Below, in pieces: positions 1-9,909 of a stretch of 64,000 nucleotides of DNA. Position 1 is the stretch's first letter. Every line of letters starts with the position of its first letter. Origin of the DNA: Candidatus Multivoradales bacterium (GTDB lineage Bacteria > Acidobacteriota > Thermoanaerobaculia > Multivoradales > Multivoraceae); the NCBI GenBank assembly GCA_965223325.1, contig CBDCWI010000002.1:1376001-1440000 (forward strand), in the 5' to 3' direction. The notes below the pieces were generated by a model. It was not told where the DNA came from, did not search any database, and worked only from the letters and a program-made list of their open reading frames with translations. The position numbers and the translations under genes were made by a program.

Positions 1-687
1 CTCGGCGTGTCGACTGATGTAGTAATAGTCTCCCCACAACACGTTCCTGTTGTTGGCCACCCCCACACCGCCATCGGAGAAGTAGCCGGCGCTGGCTGGG
101 AACTCGAGGGAGCATCGACTGACGGAGTCGATCGTGATGTAGCCGCGCGCGAAGTTGGGATCAACGGCGAGGGATGTACAAAGGCCGGCACTGGCACCCA
201 GCGAAAGCGGACGACCCGAAAGCTCCTCTTGCAGCAGTCGTACAAACGCCGGTGACAGTGCTTCATACACCGGACCGACCGGGCCCTCCGTTCCGGTGTT
301 GCAGCCCGGAAAGTCGCCGCCCACCGACAACGGCCCCAGGTTGCTGACCCCCGACCCGGTCTGCGGCAAGATGCCGTGTTCGAGGATGTTGCGCAGCGAG
401 AGCGTCTGAACATCGTAGCCACTGAGGTAGATGTCGAAGTCTAGGACTGGAATCGAGAACTCGGTCCACAGCGTGACGTGTGCCAGTGCCGGTTGCGCCG
501 ACGCATTGTTGACAGAGAAGAGAGTATCCATCCCCATGGAATCGCCGAGATCGACCTCGAAGCGCGGCAGCAAAAGAGTCGCCGCCGGCACACTGTCGAT
601 GGTGCCGATCTCCGCCTCGCTCACCGGGGCGACTGCGACGAACCCGACGACGCCGAGTAAGATCTTGAGAATCAACGAGTTACGCAT
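1..687 (-). CDS. Secreted hypothetical protein, 3' end truncated by window edge (missed by ORF track)
   Basis: Manual translation: ATG at 687 preceded by GGAGG; MRNSLILKILLGVVGFVAVAPVSEA signal peptide, then EIGTIDSVPAATLLLPRFEVDL...NNASAQPALAHVTLWTEFSIPVLDFDIYLSGYDVQ...GYITID...NVLWGDYYY; open to position 1. Confidence 0.85.
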   Translation of the reverse strand, partial: MRNSLILKILLGVVGFVAVAPVSEAEIGTIDSVPAATLLLPRFEVDLGDSMGMDTLFSVNNASAQPALAHVTLWTEFSIPVLDFDIYLSGYDVQTLSLRNILEHGILPQTGSGVSNLGPLSVGGDFPGCNTGTEGPVGPVYEALSPAFVRLLQEELSGRPLSLGASAGLCTSLAVDPNFARGYITIDSVSRCSLEFPASAGYFSDGGVGVANNRNVLWGDYYYISRHAE

Positions 688-742
688 ACCAGGTCCTCCA
701 TCCCGTGATCTTAGATCTTTCCCGCTGGAAGGACCAGTGCGC

Positions 743-2692
743 TTACTCGAGGTAGGTGTAACCCTCGAGGCCGTCCTCGAAAAAGCGCAACAGCCGCCCG
801 CTCTCAGCGATCGAAAGGCGGTCCTGGCGTACCGCCGCCTCGACATCGCGCCGAAAGCCGCGCAGCAGCTCTGGAGCGTCGAACTGGACATAGGAGAGCA
901 TCTCCCGAACACGCTCGCCCGCCACTACATCCTCGATCACCGGGCCCTGGTCGCGATCCACACGCACATGAACGACATTGGTATCACCGAACAGGTTGTG
1001 TAGGTCGCCGAGGATCTCCTGATACGCACCCACCAGGAATGCCCCCAGCCGGTAGGGGATGGCGAACCCGTCACCTGCTGGGTCAGGATCGTGCAGTAGT
1101 AGCGTTGGGGCTGCAACACCCGAGCTGTCGATGAAACGATCGACCGTTCCATCAGAGTCACAGGTCACGTCAGCCAACACTGCGCGCACCTTCGGCTCCT
1201 TTAGCAACCAGCCAATCGGCATGATCGGAAACAACTGATCAATGGCCCAGCTGTCGGGGATGCTTTGAAAGAGCGAGAAGTTGCAGAAGTAGACCCTCGC
1301 CGTCAGCTCGCGTAGAAGTCCGAGGTCGACGGACGGAAGGTCGACCTCTGCGGCGACCCGTACACTGGCTACGGAGACCTGCCAGTACAGCGACTCGGCC
1401 AACGCCCGCTCCTCGATCGTCAGGTGCCCCAGGCGGAAGAGTTCCAGGATGTCCTCGAGCGCCTGCTGCGCGTCGTGATACGCGGCCAGTGCGTCTGCCG
1501 AGGCGTTGGCTTCCATGCGCTGCCACGCGTCGTAGAGCTCGACGAGCGGCCGACTGGCTCCCGGCGGACAGGTATCCGGAATCGGCAACTCGGAACGAAC
1601 GTCGACTCCCAACACGTCAAAAACCAGCACACTATGATGCGCCGTCAGGGCCCGCCCGCACTCCGACACGATCGTCGGAGCCTCGACTCCCGCTTCCATA
1701 CACACCGCCTTCACTGCTCCGACGACATTGTCAGCGTACTCCTGCAGCTCGTAGTTGATGCTCGAAGGACCGCCGGAGCGCGAACCGTCGTAGTCGACCC
1801 CGAGGCCGCCGCCGACATCGAGCGTGTCGAGGAAGGCGCCCAAGCGTACGAGCTCGGTGTATATCCGGGTGACCTCGAGGACCGCCGCCTTGATCTGACG
1901 AACGTCGGTAATCTGGCTCCCGAGGTGGTAGTGCAGAAGGTGCAGGCAATCCGTCTTGCCTGCACGCCCGAGGAGCTCGACGGCCTGCAGGGTCTCGCCA
2001 ACATCGAGTCCGAACTTTGATCGGTACCCGGCCGACTTGCTCCATCGACCGGCACCGGCAGTCGCCAACTTGACACGCAGGCCAAGCCGTGGCCGCAAGT
2101 TGAAACGCTCGGCGAGAGCCAACAAACGTTCGAGCTCGACCAGGCGCTCAACCACTGGCGTCACTCGGCGACCGACCTGCTGCGCCAGCAACACCATCTC
2201 CAGGTACTCGTCGTCCTTGAAGCCGTTGCAAACGATCGTCGTGTCGTTGCCGCAGATCGCCAACACCGCCAGAAGCTCTGCTTTTGAGCCGGCCTCCAAC
2301 CCGAACGGAACTCCAAGTCTCTGAGCCCCGCGCAGCAACTCATCGATGACCAGGCGCTGCTGGTTGACCTTGACCGGGTAGACGGACTGGTAGTCACCTG
2401 CGTAGTCGCACTTCTCGATTGCGGTGCGAAAAGCCTCGTCGATCGCCTCGATTCGGTTCTCGAGGATGCCCCCAAAACGTAGCAGCACAGGCAGCGCGAT
2501 TCCGCGCTCCACCAGCTCGTCGACCAATACGCTGATGTCAGCCTCGAGCGTGCGGTCACGTTCGGGACGCACACAAACATGGCCGCGCTCGTTGACCCGG
2601 TAGTACCCAGCTCCCCAACGCTCAATACCGTAGAGCTCAGAAGCCATCGCCACCGACCACGACGACCCGCGGTGTCGCGTCCCATCAGACAA
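743..2692 (-). CDS. speA: Biosynthetic arginine decarboxylase (PLP, fold type III)
   Basis: YPVKVNQ PLP lysine, GLEAGSKAEL, SKFGL, DVGGGLGVDYDG, FSLFQSIPDSWAIDQLFP, DVTCDSDG, GAYQEILGDLHNLFGD. Confidence 0.97.
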   Translation of the reverse strand: MSDGTRHRGSSWSVAMASELYGIERWGAGYYRVNERGHVCVRPERDRTLEADISVLVDELVERGIALPVLLRFGGILENRIEAIDEAFRTAIEKCDYAGDYQSVYPVKVNQQRLVIDELLRGAQRLGVPFGLEAGSKAELLAVLAICGNDTTIVCNGFKDDEYLEMVLLAQQVGRRVTPVVERLVELERLLALAERFNLRPRLGLRVKLATAGAGRWSKSAGYRSKFGLDVGETLQAVELLGRAGKTDCLHLLHYHLGSQITDVRQIKAAVLEVTRIYTELVRLGAFLDTLDVGGGLGVDYDGSRSGGPSSINYELQEYADNVVGAVKAVCMEAGVEAPTIVSECGRALTAHHSVLVFDVLGVDVRSELPIPDTCPPGASRPLVELYDAWQRMEANASADALAAYHDAQQALEDILELFRLGHLTIEERALAESLYWQVSVASVRVAAEVDLPSVDLGLLRELTARVYFCNFSLFQSIPDSWAIDQLFPIMPIGWLLKEPKVRAVLADVTCDSDGTVDRFIDSSGVAAPTLLLHDPDPAGDGFAIPYRLGAFLVGAYQEILGDLHNLFGDTNVVHVRVDRDQGPVIEDVVAGERVREMLSYVQFDAPELLRGFRRDVEAAVRQDRLSIAESGRLLRFFEDGLEGYTYLE

Positions 2693-2763
2693 CGGCCGGC
2701 CTCCGGTGAACCGCGATCACTCTCGAAATACCGCCCGTGCGTCCCAAGCAGCTTGCGCGCTCG

Positions 2764-3963
2764 TCAGCGGCCACCTTCGACATCGACCAGGGTGACGCGC
2801 AACCGCGGCGTTCCCAGCGCCAGGAGCTCCTTCCACTCCGTAGCGTCGAGGTCGAACGTCAACTTCACCGGCACGTAGCCGGTGTCCGCCTGGCGCGGAA
2901 TGCCCCGCCCGGCGCGCGCAATCTGAGCCGGAACACTCGCCGCCGGCCGGTCGCCCACGGTTGCGGGCGGCAAGAGATCGAGAGCCAGGGAGTACTGCCC
3001 GGCATAGCGCGTGCTCACCAGCTGCAGAGTGACCGTCAATTGACGTCGACTCCGTCGCCCGGTCATCTCGGCGATCACCCTCGGAATCCTCGCCTCCGCA
3101 CTCGTAAACCGCTCGAGCTCGCGCGTCGACCAACCGTAGCCAGCCGGCATGCCCTCGACCTCGCCGAGTTCGAACTCGAGCACCATCGGCGACTCGAGCT
3201 CCACCGGTCCGTCGCCAACCGCGCGCGACCGGGCCCTGACCCCGGCGCGATCGGCGGTCGCGCGACCGCTCTTCGCAGCGGGTCGCTCCAGGGGTCGCGC
3301 CGAGTCGCGAGCGTCACCAGCCGCCCCGGGCCGCGCGTCTTCCTCGGGGCGGCCGGGCCGCGCGCCGGAACCTTGTGTCACGACCGAACCGGCGCGTCGG
3401 TAGCGTAAGTTCAAGAGCGGCTCCCACCCACGACGCATGACGACGGTCTCGAAGTCGAGCGCCACTCCACGGGCGTCCTCCTGAAGGGTCCCGCGTACAC
3501 CGCGCGCCGACTGCCCGGGTTCGAAAAGCTCGCCCCTGAAGGTCCATCCATCACGAACCACCGCTGCGCCCTCGCGTCGACGAGCGGGCTCGAGTTCAAG
3601 GGCCAGCTGGCCGCCGCGGTCGGTAAAAGCGCGCAGCCGCCAGCCGTCGGCCACCGGGTCCCAGTACATATAGTTGAGCGCCGTCCCGCCGTCCTTCCCG
3701 ACCCACTCCTCGCTCAAGAGACAACCGCCGAGCTCTTTGCGAATCGTCGCGCTACCGAGGCGCTCCCCCGAACTCGATTCCACCACCCAATCGCCAATCC
3801 AGAAATCGAGGGCGCCGTAGTCCGGACCGTCGCACCCATCGGCATGGGCTGGGTAGAACGTTGCCAGTCCACCGATCATGATGAGCCCAACCGCGAGTCC
3901 CGGCACGCCGGCACGAACGAAGAACCGTCGTAACAGCGCCGTAGTCGTGATCATCGTCGGCAT
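2764..3963 (-). CDS. Secreted protein with DUF1579-like N-terminal domain and unrecognised C-terminal domain
   Basis: Signal peptide ending AHA; CDGPDYGALDFWIGDWVV...GCLLSEEW...YWDPVADGWR motif; Arg/Ala-rich linker; start codon uncertain. Confidence 0.7.
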   Translation of the reverse strand: MPTMITTTALLRRFFVRAGVPGLAVGLIMIGGLATFYPAHADGCDGPDYGALDFWIGDWVVESSSGERLGSATIRKELGGCLLSEEWVGKDGGTALNYMYWDPVADGWRLRAFTDRGGQLALELEPARRREGAAVVRDGWTFRGELFEPGQSARGVRGTLQEDARGVALDFETVVMRRGWEPLLNLRYRRAGSVVTQGSGARPGRPEEDARPGAAGDARDSARPLERPAAKSGRATADRAGVRARSRAVGDGPVELESPMVLEFELGEVEGMPAGYGWSTRELERFTSAEARIPRVIAEMTGRRSRRQLTVTLQLVSTRYAGQYSLALDLLPPATVGDRPAASVPAQIARAGRGIPRQADTGYVPVKLTFDLDATEWKELLALGTPRLRVTLVDVEGGR

Positions 3964-4224
3964 GAGAAACCTCTCGAGAGAATGGCCGTCGAGCCTAGCA
4001 GCCAGCCTGCCGAGCCACGCGCCGGCGAAACACCCGACCGATTCCGAAGCACCCCTCGACCGCGACCCGTTCACGACCCTGAATCAACCGGCCCACGCAC
4101 TGAGAAATACGATTTTTACAGGAATTACCTCTGTTAACATGCCGCGTCCCGGGCCGCTGCCCTTCCAGGTTGCCCACGACCACCAACCGCTCCGCGTGGA
4201 GAACCCTCCAGGAGACCCTGGATC

Positions 4225-4905
4225 ATGCTGGACTCTCGCCGCTCCATCGCCACGCCTGAGGGCGTCGAGCTCGCGCTCCGCATCGCCGGACCCCCGCAGC
4301 GCGGACTGGCCGCGCTGCTCGACATGCTCGTGCGCACGGCGATCTACATCGCGGTTGGTTTCATGGTTGGCCTTCTCGGCGAAATCGGCATGGGCATCTT
4401 CCTGATCGTGCTCTTCGTCGTCGAGTGGTTCTACCCGGTGCTCTTCGAAGTCTGGTTCGACGGCTCGACTCCCGGTAAGCGCGCCCTGGGACTGCGGGTC
4501 CTCAACGACACCGGTACGCCGGTCGACTTCCAGGCGTCGCTGCTCCGGAACTTGTTGCGGTTCGCCGACTTCCTGCCCTTTTTCTACGCCTTCGGCCTCG
4601 CTGCGATGTTCGCCAACCGAGACTTCAAGCGGCTCGGAGACCTGGCCGCCGGAACCCTGGTCGTCTACCGCTACCGCGAGGGCGAACCAGCACCACTCCC
4701 TGCCGAAGAGCCCGAACAGCCCCTCGAGCGTCTCGAAACCGATGAGCAACGCACGATCGTCGAGTACGCCGAGCGCCTCTCCACCTGGACCGACGCCCGC
4801 GCCCTCGAGCTCGCGACGATCGCCCGGCCCCTGGTCGGCGCAGAGGGATCGGAGGCTCGGCGGCACCTGGTGGCGATGGCGAATTGGCTGGTGGGTCGCC
4901 GATGA
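4225..4905 (+). CDS. RDD family membrane protein
   Basis: TPEGVEL, RGLAALLD, GSTPGKRALGLRV, RNLLRFAD, KRLGDLAAGTLVV. Confidence 0.93.
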   Translation: MLDSRRSIATPEGVELALRIAGPPQRGLAALLDMLVRTAIYIAVGFMVGLLGEIGMGIFLIVLFVVEWFYPVLFEVWFDGSTPGKRALGLRVLNDTGTPVDFQASLLRNLLRFADFLPFFYAFGLAAMFANRDFKRLGDLAAGTLVVYRYREGEPAPLPAEEPEQPLERLETDEQRTIVEYAERLSTWTDARALELATIARPLVGAEGSEARRHLVAMANWLVGRR

Positions 4906-5843
4906 ATCGCGACACCTTCGAGGACCGTTACCGCTCGGATTGGGTCGAGCTCGAGATTCTGCTGCTCCAGCTAGAGAGCAAGAAGACCACCAGCAGCGAA
5001 CTCGCCCAATTCCCTGAGCTTTACCGACGGGTGTGCCAGCAGCTGGCACTGGTCCGCGCCCGCGGCTATGGCACCGATCTCGAACGTCGCCTCAACAATC
5101 TGGCGCTGCGCGGCCACCAACAGCTGTACCGCGGTCAGGTCGCCCTGCGCAGGGTCACCGAAGTCCTCGGAGCGGCCTTCCCACAAACGGTGCGCAACAA
5201 CAGTCGCGCCTTCTGGCTGGCGACGGCTCTCTACGTGATTCCGCTCTTGTCGATCTATTTCGCCATCCAGCTCCGCCCCGAACTGGTCTACTCCGTCCTG
5301 CCGGCAGAACAGGTGGCAGGTATCGAAGAGAGCTACGCCAACTTCGGCAGCCGCGAGTCGAGCTCTGACTTCTTGATGTTTGGCTTCTACATTCGCAACA
5401 ACGTGAGTATCGACTTCCGGACCTTCGCCGGCGGCATGCTCTTCGGGGTCGGGACCGTCTTCTTCCTGTTCTACAACGGACTTGTCCATGGGTCGGTGTT
5501 TTCACATCTCGAAGGCGTGGGTCTTGGTGACGCGATCTTTCCCTTCGTGGTTGGGCATTCGTCCTTCGAGCTCACCGGTATGGTCCTCTCCGGCCTCGCC
5601 GGGCTCCGAATCGGCGGCGCACTCCTGATGCCCGGCCGCCGGAGCCGGCTGCAGGCACTGCGCGAAACCGCGCTCGAGATGCTGCCAGTGCTCTACGGAA
5701 CTGCGGCGTTCACCATCATTGCCGCCTTCATCGAAGCGTTCTGGTCGTCGACGCCAACCGCACCGTTTGTGCGTTACGCGGTGGGCGCCGTGCTCTGGCT
5801 GCTGGTCGCGTTCTTTCTCCTCTTCGCGGGTCGCCGCCAATGA
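4902..5843 (+). CDS. Stage II sporulation protein M (SpoIIM/DUF95) family membrane protein
   Basis: ATGA overlap with RDD gene; YIRNNVSI, YNGLVHG, GHSSFELTG, AAFIEAFWS. Confidence 0.9.
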   Translation: MNRDTFEDRYRSDWVELEILLLQLESKKTTSSELAQFPELYRRVCQQLALVRARGYGTDLERRLNNLALRGHQQLYRGQVALRRVTEVLGAAFPQTVRNNSRAFWLATALYVIPLLSIYFAIQLRPELVYSVLPAEQVAGIEESYANFGSRESSSDFLMFGFYIRNNVSIDFRTFAGGMLFGVGTVFFLFYNGLVHGSVFSHLEGVGLGDAIFPFVVGHSSFELTGMVLSGLAGLRIGGALLMPGRRSRLQALRETALEMLPVLYGTAAFTIIAAFIEAFWSSTPTAPFVRYAVGAVLWLLVAFFLLFAGRRQ

Positions 5844-7468
5844 ATCTCCTGAACGTCACGGCCGTCATCCGGCCGCGTACCGAGTGGGAGAGTGTCGACC
5901 TCGGCTACTGCATGGTGCGCCAGTGGGCACGACCGATCTACACCGCCTGGGTGGTGGTTTCCCTGCCGCTCGTCATGTTGCCGTGGATCCTCCTCCACGG
6001 CTACGCCGGCTGGGCCCTGTTGATCTTCTGGTGGTCCCGAGTGCTCGCGGAGCTGCTGGTGCTCGACTTCCTGAGCAAGGCTCTGTTCGGCGCCGCGCCG
6101 AGCCCCGGCGCGATCGCGCGCAACTGGCCTCGCCTGGTGCTCGCACACGGGCCACGCCTCCTCCTCTTGCGCCCCTTCTCACTTGCTCGCACCTTCCTCC
6201 TACCGATCGTGCAACTCGAGGGCCTGCGCGGGGCAGAGCGCCGCGAACGAATTCGCGTCGTCGCCGCCCGTGGGCGGGAACACGCCTGGCTGGTCGCCTT
6301 CTGTTCGTTCGGTTTCGAATGCATCTTCCTACTCGGTCTCCTGTTGACTGCGATGATCTTCATCCCCGAGGAACTGAGACCGGCTGTCGAGACGACCTTT
6401 AGCGGTTGGGCGACTCCCGACGCCTCTCTCTTGGTGCACGGCCTGGTTGGTTTGCTCCTGTGGGCGGCCTGGTCGATGGTCGCGCCCTTCCACGTCGGGG
6501 CGGGGTTCTCGGGTTACCTCAACCGGCGAGCGCTGCTCGAAGGCTGGGACATCGAGATCGCCTTCCGGCGCATGGCACAGCGCCTCCTAGCGAACCGTAC
6601 GCGGTTGCGTCTCGAGCGCCGCAAGAGCCGGCCGGCGGACTCTGCGACTCTCCTGCTCCTGGTGTCATGCCTCGCCTGGCCAGCACCTGGCGAGGCCCAG
6701 AAGTCCGTCTCCCCCAAGGAGAAAGAGATCGCGGGGAGTGCTATTTCGAACCCTTCTGATGTCCCCGAGAACCGGCCGGCCGATCCCTGGATCGGTGAGG
6801 GCGAGGACCCCAACGACCAGATCAGCCTGATTCTCGAGCGCGAAGAGTTCGGCCACGAAGAAACCCGAACCGAGTTTCAGTTTCGGCCATTCGGGCAGGG
6901 CAAGCGCAAGAGCGACCGACAGTCGAACTTCACTCTCGGCGGCCTACCAGTAGGTTTTCTGGCGCCGGTTCTCGAAGTCTTGCTCTGGACGATCGCGATC
7001 GCTCTGGTCATCGGCCTGGTCGTCCTTGCACTGCGCGCCTGGGGCGAGCGGCAGTCGGCTGGCAGCAACAAGGGCACGGCAGAGATTCCTCTCGAGGTGT
7101 TCGGCCTCGACATCCGACGCGAGTCGCTACCGGATGACCCGGCGGCAGAAGCCCTCGCTCTGTTGGCGAAAGGCGAGGCTCGCAAAGCCCTCAGCCTGCT
7201 CTACCGCGCCACCCTCGTGCGCCTCGTACAGCATGACGGTCTACCCATCGAAGACAGCTGGACCGAGGGCGACTGCCTCCGATGGTTGGACGGGGCAACC
7301 AGCAACCGGCGGTTCGACTCCTTCGCTGAGTTGACCGCCTTGTGGTCCCAGAGCGCCTACGCCCACCGCGACCCGGACGCAACCCGTCTTCGAGCGCTGT
7401 GTCAGAACTGGTCTCAACTCTGGGCGGCACCCCAGGCGGCTCCCGGTAGCACCGGGGTGGCCTCATGA
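5840..7468 (+). CDS. DUF4129 domain-containing membrane protein
   Basis: YLNRRALLEGWDIE in the N-half; ALSLLYRATL, SWTEGDCL, WSQSAYAHR in the C-terminal DUF4129-type domain; ATGA overlaps on both sides. Confidence 0.85.
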   Translation: MNLLNVTAVIRPRTEWESVDLGYCMVRQWARPIYTAWVVVSLPLVMLPWILLHGYAGWALLIFWWSRVLAELLVLDFLSKALFGAAPSPGAIARNWPRLVLAHGPRLLLLRPFSLARTFLLPIVQLEGLRGAERRERIRVVAARGREHAWLVAFCSFGFECIFLLGLLLTAMIFIPEELRPAVETTFSGWATPDASLLVHGLVGLLLWAAWSMVAPFHVGAGFSGYLNRRALLEGWDIEIAFRRMAQRLLANRTRLRLERRKSRPADSATLLLLVSCLAWPAPGEAQKSVSPKEKEIAGSAISNPSDVPENRPADPWIGEGEDPNDQISLILEREEFGHEETRTEFQFRPFGQGKRKSDRQSNFTLGGLPVGFLAPVLEVLLWTIAIALVIGLVVLALRAWGERQSAGSNKGTAEIPLEVFGLDIRRESLPDDPAAEALALLAKGEARKALSLLYRATLVRLVQHDGLPIEDSWTEGDCLRWLDGATSNRRFDSFAELTALWSQSAYAHRDPDATRLRALCQNWSQLWAAPQAAPGSTGVAS

Positions 7469-8835
7469 CTCCGCGCACCGCACGCAATCTGGCGATCGCT
7501 GGCGCCGCCGTCATGTTGGCGCTGATCATCAGTCGCTGCGACCGGGTCGAAGTCACCGAGTGGGAAGAAGCAACTGGCGAGGCTGCCAGCAACCCGTTCT
7601 ATGCCGCCAGCCTCCTGTTCGAAGAGCGTGGCCTCGAAGTCGAGCGGCCAGTCGGCTGGTATGACCTACCGCCCGATGACTTCACGCTCATGCTCCTGAT
7701 TCCGCGCTACTCGACCACCACCGACCGTGCCGACCGCCTGCTCGCCTGGGTCGAGGACGGTGGCCACCTGGTGATCGCTCCCGACAGCGCCTACGACCGC
7801 AGGTGGGACCGGCTGGCCAGCGGCGAGCTGCCGGAAGGTGACTCGGAGTCCGCCGACTCGACCGATGATTCGACATTTGACTCGAAAGATGACCTCGACC
7901 TCGACTTCGATCAGGGGAGCGACCCGCTCGAAGCCGACGAAGCAGACGTGTCGCACCTCCACTCAGATCCGATCCTCGATGCCCTGGGTGTCGAGGTCCT
8001 GCTCGAACCCGACCTCCTGACAGGTGAAGGCACCAGAATCGTCAACATCGACACGGGTCGCGGTCGACAACGCGTCGACGTCTGGGTCACCCCGACGCTC
8101 GCACACCGTCGGGCGAGCACCGAACTCGAGCTCGCCTCTGGAACCTTCGCGGCAGAAGGTGGCCACGCCCTCCTGAGGTTTCGCCGCGGCCAGGGCGCTG
8201 TGACCGTCATCCAGGACCCTTCGGTTTTAGACAACGACCAGATCGCGCTCCTTGACCATGCGCGCTACGCCTTCGACCTCGCCGAGCCCAAGAGCCTGCC
8301 GCGCCGGGGCGTGTGGCTCGTCCATCGCGACCGCTTCCCAAGCGTCTTCGATTTGTTGCGCCAACATGCAGCCCACGCCGTGCTGGCCGGAACCGTCCTT
8401 CTGGTGGCCTGGCTTTGGCACCGCGGTGGCCGCTTCGGACCGATCGAAGGTGGCCCACCGCCGACTCGCCGGCGCCTCCTCGAGCACGTCAGAGCGGTCG
8501 GCCACCTGCTATGGAGAACCAAACAGCAAGGCGCACTGGTCGATGCCACCCGCGCCGCATTTGAGCGCACCGCTGCACGTCGCGATCCGGTGCTCGGCCC
8601 CAAGAGCGAAAACGAGCGCATCACCCGCATCGCCGAGCGCATCGATATGAAGCCGGCCCGACTGGCCGGCGCCGTCCGAGCCGACGGAAAGTCGACCGAC
8701 TTTCTGGCTCTCATCAGCACTCTCGAGGAGGCGCGCCGCAGGCTCGCCGCGCATACCCTCGGCGGCGCCGCCCCCACGACTTCTGAGACCGCATCCTTGC
8801 GCTCCCTCGAGCGCCCAACGGAGAACATAAGATGA
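7465..8835 (+). CDS. DUF4350 domain-containing membrane protein
   Basis: N-terminal TM, NPFYAA, LLAWVEDGGHLVI, RFGP, RRLLEHVRAVG; operon position. Confidence 0.82.
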   Translation: MTPRTARNLAIAGAAVMLALIISRCDRVEVTEWEEATGEAASNPFYAASLLFEERGLEVERPVGWYDLPPDDFTLMLLIPRYSTTTDRADRLLAWVEDGGHLVIAPDSAYDRRWDRLASGELPEGDSESADSTDDSTFDSKDDLDLDFDQGSDPLEADEADVSHLHSDPILDALGVEVLLEPDLLTGEGTRIVNIDTGRGRQRVDVWVTPTLAHRRASTELELASGTFAAEGGHALLRFRRGQGAVTVIQDPSVLDNDQIALLDHARYAFDLAEPKSLPRRGVWLVHRDRFPSVFDLLRQHAAHAVLAGTVLLVAWLWHRGGRFGPIEGGPPPTRRRLLEHVRAVGHLLWRTKQQGALVDATRAAFERTAARRDPVLGPKSENERITRIAERIDMKPARLAGAVRADGKSTDFLALISTLEEARRRLAAHTLGGAAPTTSETASLRSLERPTENIR

Positions 8836-9881
8836 CCGACCAACCAGAAAGCCCATCGACACCCGAGGCCGCGGCCGCACCGATCGAGCCGGCCGCCCCC
8901 GCCATCACCCGCCGTCCGAACCCGCAACTGGCGGGGGTCATTGATCTAGCCGGCAGGATGCGCACCGAGATCGGGCGCGCGGTCGTCGGCCAAAGGGTAC
9001 CGGTCGACCTCTTGCTGGTCTCCTTTCTCGCCAGCGGGCACGCTTTGCTCGAAGGTGTACCTGGACTCGGCAAGACGTTGATCGTCCTGTCGCTGTCGAA
9101 GACTTTCGGTGGCGACTTCGCGCGCATTCAGTTCACCCCTGACCTGATGCCCGCCGACGTGACCGGCCACAGCATCTGGGACTCGCAGAGTTCGAGCTTT
9201 CGTCTCAAGCGCGGTCCGGTGTTCACCAACCTTTTGTTGGCCGACGAGGTCAATCGTGCACCCGCCAAGACCCAGGCTGCTCTGCTCGAGGTCATGCAGG
9301 AACAACAGATCTCGATCGACGGCCGCACCTTTGAGCTGCAACCACCGTTCATGACCGTGGCGACCCAGAATCCGATCGAGCAAGAGGGAACCTACCCGCT
9401 GCCGGAGGCACAGCTCGATCGCTTCTTGCTCAAGATCGTCATCGACTACCCGGAGAGTCACGAAGAAGTCGATCTGGTTGAACGTGTGGTGACGGGGCGC
9501 AAGGGCGACTCGCTCGACACCGACGCCGTGCAACAGGTGGCCAGTGCCGAAATGGTGGTGCGGGCACAGCAAGCGGTCGCCGACCTGACGGTCGACCGCC
9601 GGGTCACCGAGTATGCCGTTCGCATCTGCCGCACGGCGCGCGAGTGGAAGGCCCTCCGTAACGGCCCTGGCCCGCGTGGCCCGATTGCGCTGGTGCGGGC
9701 CGCACGCGCCCACGCGGTGCTCGCCAGCCGCGACTATGTGCTCCCCGACGACGTCAAGCAGGTCGCCCCACCCTGCCTCATGCACAGGATTCTGCTCTCT
9801 CCGGAGCTCGAGATCGAAGGATACCGACCTGAAAGGGTCATCGAAGAGATCCTCGACGGCGTCCCTGCCCCCCGCCTCTGA
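8832..9881 (+). CDS. moxR: MoxR family AAA+ ATPase
   Basis: GHALLEGVPGLGKT (Walker A), RIQFTPDLMPAD, LLADEVNRAPAKTQAALLE, ATQNPIEQEGTYPLPEAQLDRF. Confidence 0.96.
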   Translation: MTDQPESPSTPEAAAAPIEPAAPAITRRPNPQLAGVIDLAGRMRTEIGRAVVGQRVPVDLLLVSFLASGHALLEGVPGLGKTLIVLSLSKTFGGDFARIQFTPDLMPADVTGHSIWDSQSSSFRLKRGPVFTNLLLADEVNRAPAKTQAALLEVMQEQQISIDGRTFELQPPFMTVATQNPIEQEGTYPLPEAQLDRFLLKIVIDYPESHEEVDLVERVVTGRKGDSLDTDAVQQVASAEMVVRAQQAVADLTVDRRVTEYAVRICRTAREWKALRNGPGPRGPIALVRAARAHAVLASRDYVLPDDVKQVAPPCLMHRILLSPELEIEGYRPERVIEEILDGVPAPRL

Positions 9882-9909
9882 GCCCCAGCCCCCCGGGAGA
9901 AGACAACTC

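Noticed and set aside
9613-9909. N-terminal extensions in the ORF track (DUF58; likewise 18373-18573, 28576-28842, 40599-40835)
   Set aside because: They overlap neighbouring genes or promoters; downstream starts fit RBS, coupling and family N-termini better
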